Part shown: positions 27,188 to 35,600 of the stretch, piece by piece
How positions within the stretch are numbered: the stretch's first letter is position 1
How the letters are laid out: every line of letters starts with the position of its first letter
Source of the DNA: Octopus vulgaris
Lineage: Eukaryota
Assembly: GCA_951406725.2 (NCBI GenBank)
Contig: OX597822.1
Span: forward strand, 84,320,001-84,384,000
Length of the DNA stretch: 64,000 nt
Reading direction: 5' to 3'
Made by a program: the position numbers and the translations under genes
The notes under the pieces: model-generated
What the model was told of the DNA's origin: nothing
Database searches by the model: none
What the model saw: the letters and a program-made list of their open reading frames with translations, nothing else

Positions 27188-29712
27188 TTATTTATATAAG
27201 TGTGTGTGAGTGACAGGAACTGGAGAGCTACACGAGGCTCCATTTATCTGTTTTGGCAAGATTTCTGCATGGATGCCCTTCCTAATGCCAACCACTTTAC
27301 AAAGTGAAATAATGCATGATTAATTCAAAACAATGTAAATGAATTACTTTGAATTAATTATCTCTTTACACATTTGAGAGAGTAATCTGAATGCTAATAT
27401 CCTTTAGGAAAGGCCTGAACTTGCTTTTTAGTAAAGTTAAACATCCTTAGCCTCCATGACTACAAGTCAGTCAAATGGAGATGAGGATACCATAACCATG
27501 AACTTATTAAGTTTGGTGAGGTTAAGGGGACTGATCTTCAGTTTAGGTTTTTGTAAGGCATCATCAGCATGAAGTTTGTAGGTGAAGAGAGTCTATACAT
27601 TGTAGGGACTACAAGAGATGGGGAGAGAGGGAGGCAGGGCTGTTTCAGTTAAATGATGTATACAGTTATTATCAAACATTGCAGAACAAACAGGATCTGT
27701 AGAAATTCCACATTATATAAATGTTCTTATTTCCATTTTAATGCATAAATTTATCAATCTTCTTGACACTCATTATTTTAAATATTTCTTTTATGTCTTC
27801 AATTTTCTTCCATAGTGAAGGTTACATAAAGCGTAACCCTTAAATACATGCATTGAAAGCGGGTAAGAACAAACAGAGGAAGTATTATGTTATTATCATA
27901 ATATAAATAGTATTTATGGAAAGGAGTGTCGTTGAGGGTTTGTTTTTATAATTTCTTAATAACAATTATTATTATTATTTTATTTTATTTTTGCAAGGCA
28001 AAAGCAATCATTGAACCGTTTGCATACGATAAATACAAGAAAGAAAAAATTCGAGAAACGATTGAGAAAAGTCGAACCACTCATGTCAAGCTTGAGGTTT
28101 GTATTTTAATAATTTGATGAAATGAATTTAGAGTGAATGGTCAAATGTGCAAGAGTTGATGAAAGGTCACATTTGGATGTCTTTTTAGCCTTTCAGCATT
28201 TAAACTGGCCGAATCCAGCCCAAGTATTCTGCCTGATTTGTGTTCAAATTAGCCAAGTCTGGCCTTTCACACTTACCTTACAATGTCATTCTAAAAATAA
28301 GCACTTGCATCGTCAATTTGAACTTCGAAAGAAATATAAGTAAAAAGTCCCTGATATTTTTTTTGCTTTAGCAAGTTCTGTCAACTACCATTAGAAAAGG
28401 ATATATTGTGTGTTTGTGTGTGTGTGTGTATGATTCTATTTTTAAATTCACTTTGGTTTGCCTGCCTTTAAATTCCTTTGACATATTTACTCTGGAAATA
28501 AATCTTTCAATAATATTGAACTATATAGGCGCAGGAGTGGCTGTGTGGTAAGTAGCTTGCTTACCAACTGCATGGTACCCACTGCATGGTACCTTGGGCA
28601 AGTATCTTCTGCTATAGCCTCAGGCTGACCAAAGCCTTGTGAGTGGGATTTGGTGGATGGAAGCTGAAAGAAGCCCATCGAATATATATATCATCATCAT
28701 CGTTTAATGTCCGCTTTCCATGCTAGCATGGGTTGGACAATTTGACTGAGGACTGGCAAACCAGATGGCTGTACCAGGCTCCACATATATATATGTATGT
28801 GTCTGTGTTTGTCCCTCCAACATTGCTTAACAACCATTGCTGGTGTGTTTATGTCCCCGTAACTTGGCAGTTTGGCAAAAGAGACTGATAAAATAAGTAC
28901 TAAATTTACAAAGAATAAGTCCTAGGATTGATTTACTCAACTAAAGGTGATGCTCCAGCATGGCCACAGTCAAATGACTGAAGCACAATAAAAGAATATA
29001 TGTATTTTGAAGAGTCCTATCTGTGCTCTTAAATGAAAGTGAGATGTGGGTTACTGTGAAGAGGATAGGACATCGATTGGCTATGATGCAAAGGGCCATG
29101 GAAAGATTGATGTTAGGAACATCATTAAGAGAGCACATTGGAAATGAGATTATTCAAGAGCAGAGTGAAAGATGTGATTGCAGAGTCCCAAAAGCACGAG
29201 TTCCGTTGGGCCAGACATGTCATAAGGTTCACAGACAACAAGTGGACCCATACAGTTGCCAAATTATATCCAAGAGATCTAAAATGTTCACTCAGAAGAC
29301 CTCCACGATGATGGGAAGATGATCTAGTTTAGCAATCTGGGTCAAGATAGGAAAGAATGGTGCAATCAAGACAGAATTGGAAGCACATTGTGACCAGTGG
29401 TGTATAACAGTATCTGACGATCAGGTCAATACTGTGTACTGTGACATGTCGAAACATGTCCATGACTTTATCAATGATAACATTCATTCAATTACTTTCT
29501 CTTTTCCTACATACATTGCATGCACTAAATATATGTGTTTATATCATTTTTCCCTAATATGGTTAATGTTCTTGGTGCAGAAACTGCCTCCTATCAACAA
29601 GGACCTGGCTGTCAAGCTGATGGAAGATTTAGAAGAAGATGAAAAACAAGGCGCTGATGCCAAGGTTAGTAACTACAAGCTTCTATATATTCTCAACAGA
29701 TATATGTGTGTA

Positions 29713-29748
<36 letters not shown>

Positions 29749-31317
29749 CGCACACACATAATATATTACTACTATGGCACTCCGTCGGTTATGTCGATGA
29801 GGGTTCCAGTTGATCCAATCAACAGAACAGCCTTCTCATGAAATTAACGTGCAAGTGGCTGAGCACTCCACAGTCTCATGTGTACCCTTAACGTAGTTCT
29901 CGGGGAGATTCAGTGTGACAAGGCTGGCCCCTTTTGAAATACAGGTACAACAGAAACAGGAAGAAAGAGTGAGAGAAAGTTGTGGTGAAAGAGTACAGCA
30001 GGGTTCGCCACCACCCCCTGCTGAAGCCTCATGGAGCTTTAGGTGTTTTCACTCAATAAACACTCGTGATGCTCGGTCTGGGAATCGAAACTGCGAGTTC
30101 ACTGCCATAACCACTGGGCCATTGCCCCTCCACAAATAATATATATACACACATGCTTGTTCATGTGGATTCAGTTGTCAGCCATTTTTCTACATACAAA
30201 CATTTCATGTTTGTGTTTGGTTTGGTTTGGTTGTATGTTTAATGTATTTATTCTTTTTATTTTTGTTCGTTTGAAGTGTACGACTTCAACTAATGAGTTT
30301 AAAATCAAATGTTGCAGTTCTGTGGAAGAAACTTGTGTCAGCAGGATCTTTGTTAGTTTAATCAACCAACACTTTCCTAAGATGCTACATTTTGTCGGGT
30401 CTCTTTTTAAGTATAGCATAAAGAAAATATTAACAAGTGTGGCCAACCCTGAAACAGAAGCAGGTTACTCGTGCAGATGTGACATGACTACTTAGTGGCC
30501 ATTGCAATGCAAAAACTGCATGAGGCAGAGGTAGCATCTAAGGAAATTGGGGTTGAGCCAAATTCAAGAAACTACTCCCGTTCTTTGTTTGGGTATCTGC
30601 ATAAATGGAGGGGACAGCTGAGCACGTGCTTGCATCAAGTCATATAATTTGTAATGATGAAGTCAAGCCAAATAATGATATTACCTAGACCAGTGGTTCC
30701 CAGAGTGGGTGGCACTGCCCCTCTAGTAGGCGTGCAAAGAATCAGGGGTTGCACTGAAGAAAAGTGGGGGCGATAATGGGGTGGCCAAAAGGGGATGATG
30801 GATGTAAAAACAACAAAATAATTGGTTAATTAGGTTAAGTTTTATTTGTGAAATACAGTCTTTTCAAATCTGATGCAGAAAGTAGTCTATGTTTGTGGTG
30901 GAGAGGGAGCTAGGAATGTGTCCTGGATGCCAGACTGAAACGGTGTGGGAACCACTGACCTAGACCATCAATATTCTACCCTTTTTTTTTATGTTATAAG
31001 TCTTTTGGTCGATGAAGATAAGATTGGACGATTGTCATGCTGATGATGTCTAATGTGGCAGAAACATGTCCACAACTGTCCTCTTATCTCCAGTCAACAA
31101 GCTTATTCTGTTTCTTAATGGTATGTCACTTTTGGAGAATTTTTGAGATTATCTCCCTTCCTCAAGTGGAGCTGGTCCTAATTGCAATTTAGTAATAGTG
31201 ATGCATTCTCTAGAGGTGGAGATAAATTTTGTAGATGAAGAATTTGTTGTATGATATTTGCTATACCTGTATTTTTCTATGCTATCATATCATCATCATC
31301 ATATATACATGTGTGTG

Positions 31318-31362
<45 letters not shown>

Positions 31363-32630
31363 GTATATATGCTTGTGTGCCACCAAAGATCTCTATGAAT
31401 GGTGCCATCTATTGAAATATTTTCTCTTATTTTCCCACAGAAATCTGAAAAGCTGCCAAACCTCTTGAAAGACAAACGTTTTTCTGCCATGTTCCACAAC
31501 AAAAACTTCCGAATCGATCGCACCAGCAAAGAATTCCACTTAATCAGTCCCCTCATTACGAAACTTGAAAAAGATCTTCACAAGAAACAGAAAAAGAAAG
31601 AAGTTAAAGATCAGTTCAAACCTGTTGAGGTATGTAGTCATCTCTTTCTCCTCCCTCCTTACTGCTACTCCCTCCCCTCTTTTTCTTACTTTTTCTACTG
31701 TCTCCTCTCTCTTTCTTACTCTTTCTTCTGTCTCCTCCCTCCCTCCCTTATCTTTCTTACTCTTTCTCCTATCTACTCCCTCCCCTCTCATTCTTACTCT
31801 TTCTTCTGTCTCCTCCCTCTTCTCTCTTTTACTCTTTCTCCTGTCTCTTCCTTATTACTACTCCCGCCCTCTCTCACTCTTTCTTCTGTTTCCTCCCTCC
31901 CTCTTTCCTACACTTTCTCCCCTCTCTTTCTTACTCTTTCTTCTATCTCCTCCCTCTTCTCTCTTTTTTACTCTTTCTCCTCCTCATTGCTACTCCCTTC
32001 CTCTCTTCTGTCTCCTCCCTCCCCTCTCTGTTTCTTACTCATTCTCCTGTCTCCTCCTTCCTTATTGCTACTCCCTCCATTCTCTTTCCTACTCTTTCTC
32101 CTGTCTCCTTTCTCCTCCTTGTTGCTACTTCCTCCCCTCTTTCTTACTCTTTCTCCTCCCACCTTATTGCATCTCCCTTTCCTCTCCTTCTTACTCTTTC
32201 TCCTGTCCTCCCCCAACACCATATTCCAACTCCCTTCAATCTATAACTCTTCCTTTCACTCCTTCTCAATTCATTTCATATTATCTTCTTTGTTTTCTCT
32301 CTCTTTTTTCTCCCTCTCTGTCTTTATACCTCTCTACCCTTGTGCTCCTCAAACTGACAATGACTGCCCCTCCCCCTTCCACCAAATAAACAATATTTTA
32401 TCTTGAACTTGTTTCAGTCACTGGACTACGACCATGCTGGGGCACCACCTCGTCGGGGGTTTAGTCAAACAAATCGACCCCAGGGCTTAGGTTTTGCTTA
32501 AAGCTTGGTACATATCCTACTAGTTTCTTTTTGCTGAACCATGAAGTTACGGGAACAGAAGCAAATCAACATGGGTTGCCAAATGGTGGGGAGTGAGGGT
32601 GGGGACAAAGCAAACACATGTAAACCCATA

Positions 32631-32667
<37 letters not shown>

Positions 32668-35600
32668 TTGAGCCTCTTTGTTTTGACATCATGTGATTGT
32701 TTTAAATGAATAACATTCATGGTGTGGCTGTGTGGTAAGATGCATGTTTCCCAACCACATTAGTCTGGGTTCAGTCCCACTGCATGGCACCTTGGGCAAG
32801 TGTCTTCTACTATAGCCTCGGACCAACCAAAGCCTGGTGAGTGGATTTGGTAGACAGAAACTGGAAGAAGCCCATCATATATGTATATATATGTGTGTAT
32901 ATGTATGTATGTACGTATGTGTGTATATATATATATATGTGTGTGTATATATATATATATGTATATATGTGTGTATATATATATATATATGTGTGTATGC
33001 CAAAGACATGTTGGGGCAAGCGAAAGCGAAATCGAATTGAACCAGCCAGGATCCCTGGTCTGGTGGTACGTAAAAAGCACTATCCGACTCGTGGCCGATG
33101 CCAGCGCCGCCTCGACTGGCTTCCGTGCCATTGGCACATAAAATACACCAATCCGACCGTGGCCGTTGCCAGCCTCGCCTGGCACCTGTGCAGGTGGCAC
33201 GTAAAAAGCACCCACTACACTCACGGAGTGGTTGGCGTTAGGAAGGGCATCCAGCTGTAGAAACATTGCCAGATAAGACTGGAGCCTGGTGCAGCCTTCT
33301 GGCTTCCCAGATCCCCGGTCGAACCGTCCAACCCATGCTAGCATGGAGAACGGACGTTAAACGATGATGATGTGTGTGTGTTTTTTGTATGTCTGTTTGC
33401 CACCCCCACCATTGCTTGACGACCAATATTGGTATGATTACATCTTCATGACTTAGCAGTTTGGCAAAAGAGACCAATAGAATAAGTACTAGGCTTACAA
33501 AGAATAAGTCGTGGGGTCAATTTGCTCAACTAAAGCCAATGCTCCAGCATGGCCGCAGTCAAATGACTGAAACAAGGAAAAGAATAAACGAATTCTTTGC
33601 AAACGTATCTGGTCTTAATGGAAATATTACCTTTGCTTGGGAACAGGCACACGCTTGCGACAAGAAAGGATCTGCTGCATTAAATTCCATTTGACTCCTG
33701 CAAACATGGGGGAGACAATGTTAAAATGCTGAAGATGTTTGCGTGTGCATTAATAAAAAGAGAGAACAACTTCTTGTTACTGCTTTAACCCTTTTGTTAC
33801 CATATTTATTTTGAGATGTTCTGTGTGTCTTTCAATTAATTTTGACTATAATAAAGAATTTAGTAAAATAACTTAGTTATCATTAAGCTAGTGTTAGGAG
33901 CATAAATTGTGATTAAGGTTTGGTGGAAGATTTTAATTCAAAACTTATGAAAACACGACATTTGTACTACAGAGCCAGAGACGGTTTCAGCTGGGTTGGT
34001 ATTGAAAGGGTTAAGAATTGTTTCACTATTATATATTTTAACCCTTTTGTTACCATATTTTTGTTGAGATGCTCTGTGTTTCTTTCAATTATTTTAGATA
34101 TAACAAAGAATTTAATAAAATAACTTAGTTATCATTAAGCTGGTGTTAGGAATATAAATTGTGATTAAGGTTTGGTGGATGATTTTAATTCAAAACTTAT
34201 GGAAACACGACATTTGTACTACAGAGCCAGAGGCGGTTTCAGCTGGGTTGGTAACAAAAGGGTTAAGAATTGTTTCTCTGTTATATATTTTAACCCTTTT
34301 GTTACCATATTTCTGTTGAGATGTTCTGCGTTTCTTTCAATTACTTTAAATATATCAAAGAATTTAGTAAAATAACTTAGTTATCATTCAGCTAGTGTTA
34401 GGAGCATAAATTGTGACTAAGGTTTGGTGGAAGATTTTAATTCAGAACTTTTGAACACAAGACATTTGTACTCAGAGCCAGAAGCAGTTTGAGCCGGGTT
34501 GGTATCAAAAGGGTTAATCATATGACAGTGAGCTGGCAGAATTGTTAGCATACTGGGCAAAATGCTTCATCACATTGCATATCTTTACGTTCTGAGTTCA
34601 AAATCTGCCACGGTCAGTGTTGTCTTTCATCCTTTTATAGTTGCTAAAATAAATAAATACCAGTTGAATACTGGGGATCAATGTAATCAATTTACCCTCT
34701 CCCCTGAAATTGCTGGCCTTGTGCCGAAATGTGAAACCAATATCTTCTCAGTTGTAACAATACACCATCATTATGTCTCCTGCCCCCCCCCCCCCTTGAT
34801 GTTTTCAACTTCATTCATGTTGCTAACTTTTCATTCCTTACACTGTCCACACAGCAAGAAGAATTGGAAGGTAAAGCGAGTGAGGACGAATCCAGCTCTG
34901 ATGACAGTACGAGCGAGGAAGATGAGGTGAAAGTAAAGAAAGAGTTAAGGGAACAACATCGAAGAGTTGAGGGGAAAAGGAAATTGAAAGAAAAGAAGGA
35001 CAAGGGAGGAGGTGGAGGAGCCGATGTTAAAAATGATTTAACCAACTCTGAGAGCAAAGCGTCTGCTGAGAAATCAAAACCGAAATTCTTTGAACTCAAA
35101 GAAGGTGACGATGTTTTACCAAAAGCAAAAAAGAAAAACAAGTTAGTATTTCTCTATTTCTGTCTTCCTTTTTGTTTTTTTTTTTATGGTGTTTTGTATA
35201 TTTGTATATGCATGGCTGTGTGGTAAGAAGTTGGCTTCACAACAACATGGTTCTGGGTTCAATCCTGCTGTGTGGCACTTTATGTGGATGGATTTAGTAG
35301 AAACAGAAAGTGAGAGTAGCCCATCGTGTGTGTGTATGTGTTTGTGTTACTGTCTCATTGCCTTGGCATTGTATAATAGTCGTAAATGAGTGTCACTGTT
35401 ATACAAGCAGTGTCTTTCATTTCCAATCTTCTGTAAAAAAAAAACATGGCTGGTTCCCCATCCCATGGGGGGGGAATCTCACTTGACTTGGAAATAGGTG
35501 AGGGTTGGTGACAGGAAGGAAATGTGGCTGTAGAAAATCCACATCAACAAATTCCATCCAACCCACACAAGCATGGAGAAGAGCTCGTTAGATTGGTGGT

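Noticed and set aside
29413-29465. CTGACGA...GAAACATGTC hammerhead-like string
   Set aside because: Stem II is not closed at the core and stem I is absent; lies at an RTE tail
31399-32406. 335-aa ORF
   Set aside because: Only 31441-31629 is a NOL10 exon; the rest is a stop-poor pyrimidine tract
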